A stretch of DNA of 64,000 nt from Promethearchaeota archaeon (GCA_048938105.1 JBHLMN010000019.1:1-64000), one strand, 5' to 3'; shown: positions 1 to 9,311, numbered from the stretch's first letter. Notes: generated from the letters alone by a model not told the origin. A program made the numbers and translations.

Positions 1-636
1 GCCAGAAATATTGTTGTTAGCAATAACATTATGATTGGAGGGATCCAGGAAGATACCCCGACTGATGAAGGCTTGAATTCCGTCCACTTTGGATCTGATG
101 CTCTGGGAGGAAGGTTTTGTGGGGCTGGTAGTACCAGAGTCATAAATTTCATTATTTGCGATAGTATTGTAATCCGACCCCGCGAGGAACACACCATTCT
201 CGCCTGCGCTGTTATCAATCTCATTTCCGTCAATGAGGTTATCGGAGGAGTCTAGTAACTCCACTCCTGTTCCTGTGTAGCCAGAAATATTGTTATTAGT
301 AATAACGTTGTGGTCAGAGGGGTCTAGGAAGATACCCCGACTGATGAAGGCTTGAATTCCGTCCACTTTGCATCTGATACTCTGGGAGGAGGGAGTTGTG
401 GGGCTGGCAATACCAGAGTCATAAATCTCATTATTTGTGATAGTATTGTAATCTGAGCCTGCGAGGAACACACCATTCTCGCCTGCGCTGTTATCGATCT
501 CATTCCCGTCAATGAGGTTATCGGAGGAGTCTAGTAGCTCCACTCCTGTTCCTGTGTAGCCAGAAATATTGTTGTTAGCAATAACATTATGATTGGAGGG
601 ATCCAGGAAGATACCCCGACTGATGAAGGCTTGAAC
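1..636. repeat. Intragenic tandem repeat, 279-nt (93-aa) unit, at least 2.3 copies visible
   Basis: GCCAGAAATATTGTT recurs at 1, 280 and 559 with near-identical downstream sequence. Confidence 0.95.
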
Positions 637-1161
637 TCTGTTTATTTTAAATCGGATGTTTTGAGATGCAGGACTAATAGGAGTATTTTCGCTATAAGCA
701 TAAATGTTATTATTTACAATAATGATATTATCTGATCCAACTAAGAATATACTGTTTACAAAATTAGAGATAGTATTGTTGTATATTCGCCCATTTATGA
801 CATTCCATAATAAGATTCCATCAACTTCTCCATTAAAATTACTTATTGCACTATAACGGATCTCAAAAAATACAGTTGTATTACTAATACTAATTGCTGC
901 AGCTGGTAAAAACTTTCGATTTTTCTTGTAAGGAATTATAAGATCATAATTCTCAATTATGTACGGGTCATCACTTGTTCCAGACCCAGGCCAACCTTTC
1001 CTTGCAGCTTTCTTAGCAAAATCTATGTCACCATCAATTATAATTGGATCATATTTCACCTTTCGGGCCGCTGTTGCGGGATTTGTTGCATTAAGTAGAA
1101 ATTGGGTGATCCCCAACGTAATACAAAGAATTAAGATTCCAATAACAGCTTTTCTTTTCAT
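1..1161 (-). CDS. Secreted/surface right-handed parallel beta-helix (NosD/CASH-like) repeat protein, 3' end runs off the window
   Basis: Hand translation from ATG at 1161 is open to position 1 (387 codons): MKRKAVIGILILCITLGITQFLL signal peptide, GWPGSGTSDDPYIIENY motif, then repeated GIFLDPSNHNVIANNNIS / GVELLDSSDNLIDGNEI / GVFLAGSDYNTITNNEI coils. Absent from the ORF track because no stop lies in the window. Confidence 0.85.
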   Translation of the reverse strand, partial: MKRKAVIGILILCITLGITQFLLNATNPATAARKVKYDPIIIDGDIDFAKKAARKGWPGSGTSDDPYIIENYDLIIPYKKNRKFLPAAAISISNTTVFFEIRYSAISNFNGEVDGILLWNVINGRIYNNTISNFVNSIFLVGSDNIIIVNNNIYAYSENTPISPASQNIRFKINRVQAFISRGIFLDPSNHNVIANNNISGYTGTGVELLDSSDNLIDGNEIDNSAGENGVFLAGSDYNTITNNEIYDSGIASPTTPSSQSIRCKVDGIQAFISRGIFLDPSDHNVITNNNISGYTGTGVELLDSSDNLIDGNEIDNSAGENGVFLAGSDYNTIANNEIYDSGTTSPTKPSSQSIRSKVDGIQAFISRGIFLDPSNHNVIANNNISG

Positions 1162-1202
1162 AGTAATCTACTCTTTTTTATTCGTATCAATTCATGCTTT
1201 TT

Positions 1203-1266
1203 CTAGAGAAATTATTCGAATTGCTAGAGAAATTATTCAATAGTAACAACTAAATAATTACTCTAG
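1203..1266. promoter_or_regulatory. Candidate operator: two direct copies and one inverted copy of CTAGAGAAATTATT(C)
   Basis: CTAGAGAAATTATTC at 1203-1217 and 1224-1238 (21-bp period). AATAATTACTCTAG at 1253-1266 is an inverted copy with one mismatch. Lies about 40-105 bp upstream of the beta-helix gene. Confidence 0.5.
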
Positions 1267-1517
1267 TGAATTAAAGATTAAATAGGAATGCAAATTTCAA
1301 ATGATTTGCTTTCTATTCTTCAAATCTTATTTTGACTCATTTAATCTGTTATGAGTACATATTAGAATAAACGTATTTTTATGTCTTAAATCTTTTTTGG
1401 AATTAGATATGATTCTGTTCCTTAAATTCTCCCTTGAATGTATCTAAATATATGTAAATAATATTATTCGAATTGTTCATATATTAAGTAAGGGCTTTGA
1501 TATTTTTACCTAAAGGA

Positions 1518-2210
1518 TTATATACCTCTAGATTCCTCTAAATACCTCTTAATGAATTGCTTGACATTCTTTTTTCCCTTAATAATGCCAAAATGTCCTT
1601 CACATAAATAATCAGGTTGTAAATCAAGAATTTTCTTCATGGATTGCCGCCATTGACCAATATCTGATTTGAATTCTGACATAAATGGACCATGAATATC
1701 CTGACCAAATAGAACATATTCTTTTGGTGTGGTTAAAAATCCCACAACACTCCCAGGTGTATGTCCTGGAGTCATTATAATATCAAAGACACCACCTATA
1801 AGGTTAATACTATAGGGTTGTGTAATCTTAATGTCAATATACACGGAATGAAGCTTAGTTCGATACCATTTCGCAGCTGACAATGTAGCATCTTCATTTT
1901 CGATCACCTTAGCTGCGTAGGCGTGTGCAATAATTTCTGCTTGTGGTAAATAACCTCTAATATATTTTAAGCCACCAACATGATCGATATGAGCATGTGT
2001 GACTAAAATGTACTCAACTTGAGCTAAGTTCACAATTGCCTTTATGTTGTTAATAATAGCTTTAATAGACTCCTTACTTCCTGCCCCAGCGTCGACAAGA
2101 ATAGAAGAGTTAAAATCAGAAACTAAATAAACACAGCAGTCATTTGGAGCAGAAAGTCGTTCACTTCCTACTAAATGGACATTTATTTCATCAAGTTGAA
2201 TACTATTCAT
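1518..2210 (-). CDS. MBL-fold metallo-hydrolase
   Basis: THAHIDHVGG (HxHxDH), TPGHTPGS, downstream D and C-terminal GH motifs. Confidence 0.9.
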   Translation of the reverse strand: MNSIQLDEINVHLVGSERLSAPNDCCVYLVSDFNSSILVDAGAGSKESIKAIINNIKAIVNLAQVEYILVTHAHIDHVGGLKYIRGYLPQAEIIAHAYAAKVIENEDATLSAAKWYRTKLHSVYIDIKITQPYSINLIGGVFDIIMTPGHTPGSVVGFLTTPKEYVLFGQDIHGPFMSEFKSDIGQWRQSMKKILDLQPDYLCEGHFGIIKGKKNVKQFIKRYLEESRGI

Positions 2211-2324
2211 CTGATAACATCTTTTACTGACATAAATCTCTTAAATTTAGAAAAAGTATTAATAATTAATGACTTGGCTAATATGATGTTCTGTTTTAAA
2301 TATACAAGTACGGTGATTTAAATC

Positions 2325-2714
2325 ATGGGAACTCACGCAGTCATCAGTGTTATGGAGGAAACTTTTGGTGGGATAGAATTGCCTGGCACCTGTATTTCTC
2401 TCGTAGATTCTGATGGTTTAGTGATTCACAATGAGGGGGAGTGTGATGATTTACCAATACTTGAAAGCCTGAATGCTCACCTAATTACTTCCTTCGAAAA
2501 TACTTTAGCGCAGCTAATATCCTTGAATCAAATCCTTGATTCTGTTGTGCTTAACACAGGTGAATCTGTTTATTATGTTGATGATCTAACTGGGGGAACA
2601 GGATTATATCTTGTAATTAGGACAAGTCCCAAATTGATGAACAAGGTGATGCCTTTTTTAAAAAGCATTACTAAAACTATTGAGAATGCGCTACAAGTCA
2701 TGGCTTCAAAATGA
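2325..2714 (+). CDS. Roadblock/LC7-like (profilin/longin-like fold) small protein
   Basis: 129 aa; SLVDSDGLVI motif, central helix, three strands and C-terminal amphipathic helix typical of roadblock/MglB domains. Confidence 0.6.
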   Translation: MGTHAVISVMEETFGGIELPGTCISLVDSDGLVIHNEGECDDLPILESLNAHLITSFENTLAQLISLNQILDSVVLNTGESVYYVDDLTGGTGLYLVIRTSPKLMNKVMPFLKSITKTIENALQVMASK

Positions 2715-2959
2715 GTAATTCACCACATTTTGAAAACCCAAGACGATAATTAACTATTTGTATGAATGTTGGTTTCTTTAATTATTAAGATTTTATTAAA
2801 TGCATAGATATATGTTCAAAAGGCAGTAGAAAATTCCATAGAACCCAATGGTAGTTATCTTGTCAAACCAAAAACTAATTTATTTCCAACGAAGGAGGGT
2901 GACACTGTTCTATAATAAGTACTAATTTGATTTCCCAATTCCAAAGGAAGATTGATGCT

Positions 2960-4045
2960 ATGAGTAAAATTCGAGTCGCAATTGCAGGTCTGGGTAACTG
3001 TGCTTCAGCCTTGATTCAAGGTGTTCATTACTATCGTAATGAAAAGGAGGATTCTACTGTCCCTGGATTGATGCATGTTAAATTTGGCGACTACCATGTA
3101 CGGGATTTAGAGTTTGTTGCTGCTTTTGAAGTAAATAAAGATAAAATTGGCAAAAAAATTAGTGATGCGATTTGGGTTCACCCCAACTGTACTCCTAAAT
3201 TCTCTGAGGTTCCAGAAACTGAAAGCATAGTTTATCCTGGCCCAATCTCTGATGGTGTTCCTCCTCACATGATTAAACCGTTTCATTGTTACGATGAAGC
3301 TCAAATGAAACCAATTAACATTGCTGAAGTTCTTCAAGAGACAAAGGCAGATGTTTTGGTAAATTTTCTTCCCGTTGGGAGTGAAAAGGCAACTAAGATT
3401 TATGTAGAGGCATGTTTAGAAGCTAATGTGGCACTTGCTAATGGAATTCCTACATTTATTGTTTCAGATCCCAAGAAAGAGTGGCCGAAGAGATTTGAAG
3501 AGAGAGGGCTTCCCTGTGCAGGAGATGACATCAAATCTCAAGTGGGAGCTACAATTTTACATCGGGTATTAGCACAACTTATGCTTGACCGCGGTATCGA
3601 AATTGAAAAAACATTCCAGCTCAATGTGGGAGGTAATACAGACTTCGAAAATATGAAATTCGAGTCTCGACTGAAGACTAAACGAATTAGTAAAACTGAA
3701 GCAGTAACTAGTATATTGCCTCATGATACACCGACTCGGATAGGTCCATCGGATTTTGTACCATTCTTAGGGGATAGGAAGATTTGTTATTTATTACTTG
3801 AAGGAAGAAAATTTGGAGATCAACCCCTTTCGATTGAAGTCAAATTGAGTGTGATAGATAGTCCAAATTCTGCAGGTGTGATGATTGACGTGATACGTGC
3901 ACTTAAGACTGCAAAAGACCGTAATATATCTGGACCCTTAATTTCTATGTCGAGCTACGCTTTTAAGCATCCTCCTATCCAAATTCCAGATTTTAAAGCC
4001 CGTGATAGAGTAGAAGCTTTTATTCGTGGTGAAGTTGATAGATAA
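2960..4045 (+). CDS. ino1: myo-inositol-1-phosphate synthase
   Basis: AIAGLGNCASALIQG, NFLPVGSE, GDDIKSQVGAT, QLNVGGNTDF, DSPNSAG. Start placed at ATG 2960 (MSKIRV) rather than TTG 2927. Confidence 0.95.
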   Translation: MSKIRVAIAGLGNCASALIQGVHYYRNEKEDSTVPGLMHVKFGDYHVRDLEFVAAFEVNKDKIGKKISDAIWVHPNCTPKFSEVPETESIVYPGPISDGVPPHMIKPFHCYDEAQMKPINIAEVLQETKADVLVNFLPVGSEKATKIYVEACLEANVALANGIPTFIVSDPKKEWPKRFEERGLPCAGDDIKSQVGATILHRVLAQLMLDRGIEIEKTFQLNVGGNTDFENMKFESRLKTKRISKTEAVTSILPHDTPTRIGPSDFVPFLGDRKICYLLLEGRKFGDQPLSIEVKLSVIDSPNSAGVMIDVIRALKTAKDRNISGPLISMSSYAFKHPPIQIPDFKARDRVEAFIRGEVDR

Positions 4046-4065
4046 TGTCATCATGAGGAGATCAT

Positions 4066-5043
4066 TTGTCTTTAAAAACCCTTTTTCACGATATATATGA
4101 TCTCACACGATTACCTCTTGGGATTATGGGAGCTGTGGCTGGGTTAACAGCGGGAATGATTGTAGTGTTGGTTCACCATCAAGATCCTTCTAAAAATACC
4201 ATATTTATTGTTTTGAAGCTTCTTCCCAAGTATTGGGAACTTGCTATCTTAGGTTTAGCAATTCCTTTCTTAATAATCGGTGCTTCAATGGCTATCAATG
4301 ATTATGCTGATTATGAAGCAGATCGGATAAACAATAGAATAGATCGCCCTTTAGTTCGAAATCCAAATTTAAAACCAGAATACGTTCTGATTCTATCTTT
4401 ATCGATGATCTTAGTTGGTATCCTATTATCATTCCTCCTTTTCAGTGATAATCTTTTAATAGTCATCGGAGTAACCATCGCCAGTTTTTTAGCTATTTCT
4501 TATAATATATGGACTAAAGAAAAAGGATTGATGGGCAATATGACTGTTGCTGCTTGTGATATGGCTCCATTTCTCCTAGCCCTAATAGCCATGGCAGGAA
4601 AAGAAGGAGGAACAGATCTTAATTATTTATTTACATCTGAAATCATAGAAACAACTTTAGTTGTACTAATTATGACTGCTATAACTTTTTTTGGTGTTGT
4701 TGGGCGGGAATTGATCAAGGGGATAATGGACATGGAAGGAGATCGAGCTACTAGTTCACACACTTTTGCGGTCAGGTATGGTCCAAAACGAGCTGTACAA
4801 TTAGCTTCGATATTCTTTATGATTGTCATTGTATTAGCTCCGATTCCATTATTCGTGAAATTTCAAAATAATATATTCTATGCAGCATTTATGGTTGTTA
4901 CAATTATTTTACTTTTTTACAGTGTTTTAATTCTATCTCGTGATCAATCTGTTACTACTGGAAAAAAAGGTCGAACTTACACTCGAACTGCTCTATGGTC
5001 TGGGGTTCTTTCTTTCTTGGTGGGTGCATTAACTATGACGTGA
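4066..5043 (+). CDS. UbiA-family prenyltransferase, probable digeranylgeranylglyceryl phosphate (DGGGP) synthase
   Basis: INDYADYEADRINNRIDRPL and GRELIKGIMDMEGD aspartate-rich motifs, multiple TM helices, GAGGAG RBS before TTG. Confidence 0.85.
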   Translation: MSLKTLFHDIYDLTRLPLGIMGAVAGLTAGMIVVLVHHQDPSKNTIFIVLKLLPKYWELAILGLAIPFLIIGASMAINDYADYEADRINNRIDRPLVRNPNLKPEYVLILSLSMILVGILLSFLLFSDNLLIVIGVTIASFLAISYNIWTKEKGLMGNMTVAACDMAPFLLALIAMAGKEGGTDLNYLFTSEIIETTLVVLIMTAITFFGVVGRELIKGIMDMEGDRATSSHTFAVRYGPKRAVQLASIFFMIVIVLAPIPLFVKFQNNIFYAAFMVVTIILLFYSVLILSRDQSVTTGKKGRTYTRTALWSGVLSFLVGALTMT

Positions 5044-5062
5044 TGAATTTCAGGTTTTAACT

Positions 5063-6439
5063 ATGTTTGGCAATCCTCAAACCTTTTTTAGATCAATTGC
5101 AAATAAGAGTGATCTACAGGAAGGCGCGAGGGGTGTTGAACGAATAATTATAGAGATGTATAGACGACAAACCCAAAAAATGACAAATAAAGAGCTTTCA
5201 AGGTATGTTCACATTCCTATTCCTGTTCTATCTGCTGTCAGAGGTGAAATGTTAAAGGTAGGATTCTTAGAAACAAAGAGTATTTTATCAAGTTCTGCCA
5301 TTAAATGGATTCAGAAAAGATTGGGATTGGCTTATTCATCGGAATTCTTCGAAGATTTTAACATAAACTCGACATTAAAGGTCGCAAAAAAATACCTTGG
5401 TTTTTTTAATCCAGTAATCGAATATCTGAATCATCGCCCTCCACCTGAATATAAATACGATCAATCTCGTAGCATTCCTGAAACTGTACTAAAAAGGGCC
5501 TTATTGATGTTAAGAAATGGAGATGTGGAGGGAAAAAGGATTGCTATATTAGGAGACGATGACGGTGTCTCTTTAGCATTAGGATTCCTCAGATGTGCAA
5601 AAGAAATTCTTGTTATTGATATCGATTCTCGCATCCTTGAGTTTATTGATTCATTTGCTTATGAGAATGATTTGACAAATGTGTTGAAGACGCAACTATG
5701 GGATATAAGAACCACATTTCCAAAAAAATGGCAGCATTTTAATACTTTTGAAACAGATCCACCTTATACCGTTGCAGGTTTTAAACTATTTATTGATCAA
5801 GCCCTTAGGCTCTTGAATCCAACGGAAGGTGGGAGAGGGTATGTTTCATTTGGTACTAAATCACCTCACGATACTTGGACGTGTCAGCAATATCTTCTAG
5901 AAGCAGGTTTTTCAATTGAAGAGTTCTTTCAGGATTTTAATCGTTACCATGGAGCAACAATCTTAGGTAATACTTCCAATCTGTATGTCATAAGTTCTGT
6001 TCCTCAAAAATTGCGTTTATTTGAGACAAAACATTCTGAAAAGTCAATTTATACTTTTGATGAAAAAAAAGTAAAAAATCTCCCAACGATAGGTTATCAA
6101 ATTATAGCTGAATTTTATGGTGTTTCATATACATATCTGAATGAAGCCAAGATATTAACTGATATCCTTCAGAGTGGTATCAAAGAAAGTCAGCTTCATA
6201 TGGAGGAAATTTATGTAAAAGAATATTCTCCACATGGTTTGTCAATAATAGCTATTTTAGTGGAAAGTCACTGTCATTTGCATACGTGGCCAGAGTGGGA
6301 TTATCTTTCGCTTGACATATTTGTTTGTGAAGCTCGAGAAAAAGCGGAAAAATTATTTCAATACCTATTAAAAGTAATAGAACCATTGGATTATCATAAA
6401 TTCCAGTTTTTTCGTGGTCAGCCTCCATCAATAGAGTAG
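5063..6439 (+). CDS. Fusion of branched-chain polyamine synthase BpsA-like aminopropyltransferase and C-terminal pyruvoyl-dependent AdoMet decarboxylase (SpeD/SpeH-like)
   Basis: GDVEGKRIAILGDDD and FETDPPYT (BpsA-like); C-terminal ~115 aa with PHGLS...VESHCHLHTWPE...LDIFVC (AdoMetDC, E|SH cleavage site at 6263-6271). Confidence 0.8.
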   Translation: MFGNPQTFFRSIANKSDLQEGARGVERIIIEMYRRQTQKMTNKELSRYVHIPIPVLSAVRGEMLKVGFLETKSILSSSAIKWIQKRLGLAYSSEFFEDFNINSTLKVAKKYLGFFNPVIEYLNHRPPPEYKYDQSRSIPETVLKRALLMLRNGDVEGKRIAILGDDDGVSLALGFLRCAKEILVIDIDSRILEFIDSFAYENDLTNVLKTQLWDIRTTFPKKWQHFNTFETDPPYTVAGFKLFIDQALRLLNPTEGGRGYVSFGTKSPHDTWTCQQYLLEAGFSIEEFFQDFNRYHGATILGNTSNLYVISSVPQKLRLFETKHSEKSIYTFDEKKVKNLPTIGYQIIAEFYGVSYTYLNEAKILTDILQSGIKESQLHMEEIYVKEYSPHGLSIIAILVESHCHLHTWPEWDYLSLDIFVCEAREKAEKLFQYLLKVIEPLDYHKFQFFRGQPPSIE

Positions 6440-6456
6440 ACTCAAGTGATGTAACA

Positions 6457-7152
6457 ATGAACAAAACTGAAAATCAGAGTTCTGGAGAATTCAAATTTCT
6501 CAACGAATTGGGGCGAAAAACTATTCATCTCTCAGTTTGGGCCATTCCTTTGGCCTATCACTGGATTTTACCTGTCTTAGGTTTATCATCTGAGGAATCC
6601 CTCTTTTTTATTCAGTTCTGCTTGCTTGGATTTTTGTGTTTTTTTATCCCTTTAGAAATATATAGGCTAAAATTTAATCCGAACACTTGGATCAATCATT
6701 TTACTCGTGCTTATGAAAAGGAACGTCCTGCTAATTATATCTTGACAGCTGCTGTCTGGCTAGTATTACTAGTAGGTGTGAATCTTTTTTATGAGATGGA
6801 AGTAGTTGAGCTTGCATTAATCGCTACAGTAATGGGTGATTCCGCAGCTGCCTTAGTTGGAAAAGGAATAGGTCGTAGAAGACTTCCCTTGACGCAGGAA
6901 AAAACTGTAGAAGGATTTATAGCTGGATTATTAACAAATTATTTAATTGGTTTTTGTTTTCTCATAATTGTGTGGGAAAATTTATCCTCATCTTACCAAG
7001 TAGGGCTAATCTTCGTTTTACCACTTATTCCAACGATAGTATGGGGTTCACTTGATTTTTTTGAGGATTTACCTTGGTATTTAGCTGATAATTTATTTAA
7101 TCCTCCGCTTGCAGCGATTATTATTGGAATATTAGAGATTTTCTTGAAATAA
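6457..7152 (+). CDS. Dolichol/phytol kinase-like CTP-dependent polyprenol kinase (membrane)
   Basis: ELGRKTIHL, GDSAAALVGKGIG, EKTVEG and DN motifs of the Sec59/VTE5 family; several TM helices. Confidence 0.8.
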   Translation: MNKTENQSSGEFKFLNELGRKTIHLSVWAIPLAYHWILPVLGLSSEESLFFIQFCLLGFLCFFIPLEIYRLKFNPNTWINHFTRAYEKERPANYILTAAVWLVLLVGVNLFYEMEVVELALIATVMGDSAAALVGKGIGRRRLPLTQEKTVEGFIAGLLTNYLIGFCFLIIVWENLSSSYQVGLIFVLPLIPTIVWGSLDFFEDLPWYLADNLFNPPLAAIIIGILEIFLK

Positions 7153-7165
7153 AAAGGTTCCTCTT

Positions 7166-7897
7166 TTATTTTAATGGAACCATGGTGTTTGAGTGACAAA
7201 CCTCACATCCGTTTTTATCTAGAAAACATCTCTTACAATAAGGAGTAGAACATCCAGGATTTCCGCACATCACATCAGCAATATTTCCGCAGGTAAAACA
7301 CTTCTTTTTTAACCTAAAGAGATCATGAGTGCGGCTATACCGTTGAATTCGGAGAATTATAAGAAGAAAGATCACTAAACCTATTAGAACTACGAGGGGT
7401 ATGAAGAAGGGGATATCAAAGAGCGTTCCTGAGGGATTACTCGCGTCATGTAAGATTTCGATCAGACGGATTACATAGAAGAGATCATCACCATAATAGG
7501 AGTCAGTTACATTGTTAAACGCTTTTCCACTTGAAAAGGGGACTTCCCAAGGTTTTTCCTCTCCTGCTTTCATACCTAATAATCCCTCTACAAAGCCAAG
7601 ATTAGGTGGAGCATAAATCTCTGGATATTCATCAATAATAGAATTTGGAACACCCCCTAATTCATTAATTACATCAGGATCTTCCACATAAATTGTACCT
7701 TCTTGATCATCCACTCTTTCCTTCCCAACCCACAATGTGTAATTTACTAGTACAACATCATGCATTCCTACTTTTGTATCGGGAGTGACTTCAATCGCTT
7801 TAGTGGTGCTGACAATATTCAGGGAAAAAGCTAGAAAGAAACCTATCAATAAAAAAGATGTTAGCACTAGTGATTTATAGAGATTCTTAAAAACCAT
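7166..7897 (-). CDS. Membrane protein: signal/TM, FKBP-like domain, TM, C-terminal 8-Cys zinc finger
   Basis: DVVLVNYTLW...GFVEGLLGMKAGEEK...GDDLFYVIRLIEI resembles FKBP; FFIPLVVLIGLVIFLLIIL TM; CFTC..C...C...CKRC...CEVC tail. Confidence 0.65.
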   Translation of the reverse strand: MVFKNLYKSLVLTSFLLIGFFLAFSLNIVSTTKAIEVTPDTKVGMHDVVLVNYTLWVGKERVDDQEGTIYVEDPDVINELGGVPNSIIDEYPEIYAPPNLGFVEGLLGMKAGEEKPWEVPFSSGKAFNNVTDSYYGDDLFYVIRLIEILHDASNPSGTLFDIPFFIPLVVLIGLVIFLLIILRIQRYSRTHDLFRLKKKCFTCGNIADVMCGNPGCSTPYCKRCFLDKNGCEVCHSNTMVPLK

Positions 7898-8020
7898 TAA
7901 GGGTCAACCTTGGTTTACTTCCCCTAATGATATTCTAAAGAATTTTTGGTTTTTACTATATATATCAAAGACTTCAAAAAAGCCTGGAGAATTCTACTTT
8001 AAGAGCAAAAAAAGAAACAG

Positions 8021-8404
8021 ATGAAAAGAATGGGAATGCTGAGAAAGGAAAAAGCCAAATTAATATTAAAGGGCTGGGCCGCTAATCAAACATCGCGAAC
8101 AGAGGGTTATGCATTTATTTCTCACACACCAAGCGCTGCCCAGATCCGAATAACTTCTTTTCAAGGTAAAATTCCGCGTATTTTAGTTTGTCCAATGATT
8201 GATTGGTCTTGGTCCGATGTTGTTAACAAAGTTGCAGGAGTAGTGACTGATCATGGAACACGTGTTTCTCGGGGATCAGAAGTCTCTGGAATTGTTCAAG
8301 TTCCAGCTGTATTAGGAACAAAGATTGCTACGCAGCAAATAAAAGAAGGTAATTTTATTCAAATTTTCTGTGAGGGAATGGAAGCGATTGCTAAGGTTTA
8401 TTAA
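8021..8404 (+). CDS. Stand-alone PEP-utilising enzyme swivel/mobile domain-like protein lacking the phospho-His
   Basis: VAGVVTDHGTRVSRGSEVSGIVQVPAVLGTKIATQQIKEG aligns with the GxVTxxGGxTSHAAIVARELGIPAVVG consensus. Confidence 0.65.
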   Translation: MKRMGMLRKEKAKLILKGWAANQTSRTEGYAFISHTPSAAQIRITSFQGKIPRILVCPMIDWSWSDVVNKVAGVVTDHGTRVSRGSEVSGIVQVPAVLGTKIATQQIKEGNFIQIFCEGMEAIAKVY

Positions 8405-8434
8405 GGAACAAGCTAATAATTCTGGTGATTGATA

Positions 8435-9052
8435 TCATTCAGTTTCAGTGGTACTAGTAGCAGTAGTAATTTCTCGTTCTGCAAGTTTTAACTTGAGGAA
8501 TGAATCCCATTCTTCCTGGCTTTTTTGAAACTTTGTCTCCCAATCAGCATTCAATTGATTAATTTGACGTGTAAATTCTTCGTTAGCATTTTTAAGACGA
8601 CCCTCCAGCTCAATAATTGCTGAATTCATTTTGGATGCTTGATGAAGCATTTCTTCTTTCTCTTTTTCAAGAATCTTATTCCGTTGTTCTAAGGATTTAG
8701 ACTGCGCTTGTAATCCTTCAATTTCTTGTTCTTTCTTAGACAGTTGTTGCTTATACTCCTCAAAGTCACTTTCCAAAGTTTGAGAGCTTTTTTTACTTGC
8801 ACTACGAGCTTTTTTTGCAATGGAGATAGCATACTGATTCAATAAGTCTAGATTAATTCTTATTAACCGATCAGCCATTTCTTTGACAAATCTTTCAGTT
8901 TGTGCAACTGTTACACTGGTTCGAGAGGAAACCTTACGAGGTATTTCTTCACAAAAGGATTTTAGTGCATCATTCAGTTGATCTTTAGAATCAGCAATAA
9001 GTTCATCAAACAATTTCATAACATATTGACCTAGGTCTCTATATTCTGCCAT
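8435..9052 (-). CDS. Coiled-coil hypothetical protein
   Basis: 205 aa, E/K/Q-rich heptads over the C-terminal half. Confidence 0.75.
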   Translation of the reverse strand: MAEYRDLGQYVMKLFDELIADSKDQLNDALKSFCEEIPRKVSSRTSVTVAQTERFVKEMADRLIRINLDLLNQYAISIAKKARSASKKSSQTLESDFEEYKQQLSKKEQEIEGLQAQSKSLEQRNKILEKEKEEMLHQASKMNSAIIELEGRLKNANEEFTRQINQLNADWETKFQKSQEEWDSFLKLKLAEREITTATSTTETE

Positions 9053-9311
9053 AATGGTTCACGTCATTCAATAAAAAAGGGATTTTCAACATTACTGATT
9101 ATCTTTTCAATTTATCTCGGAATTTAATCGGTTTAAATTATAATAAGATCATATAATATAGAGAGAGTACAACTTATTGTGATCTTTATAGTACGTTAGT
9201 ATACATTAGAATTTTTTGCTCATAAATTGTCCTATTGAAATTTTTTCTAATTTTTGAGATCAAAAATAAATACATAAAATGATCAAGCTAGTAAAATGGT
9301 TGAATTAACAT

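Noticed and set aside
1-636. Repeats as a CRISPR array or DGR template/variable pair
   Set aside because: The unit is 279 nt, in frame and coding, with no spacers; differences are not adenine-specific and no reverse transcriptase is present in the window.
31-1243. Track ORFs 31..255, 324..512 and 959..1243
   Set aside because: Shadow frames of the minus-strand beta-helix gene 1..1161.
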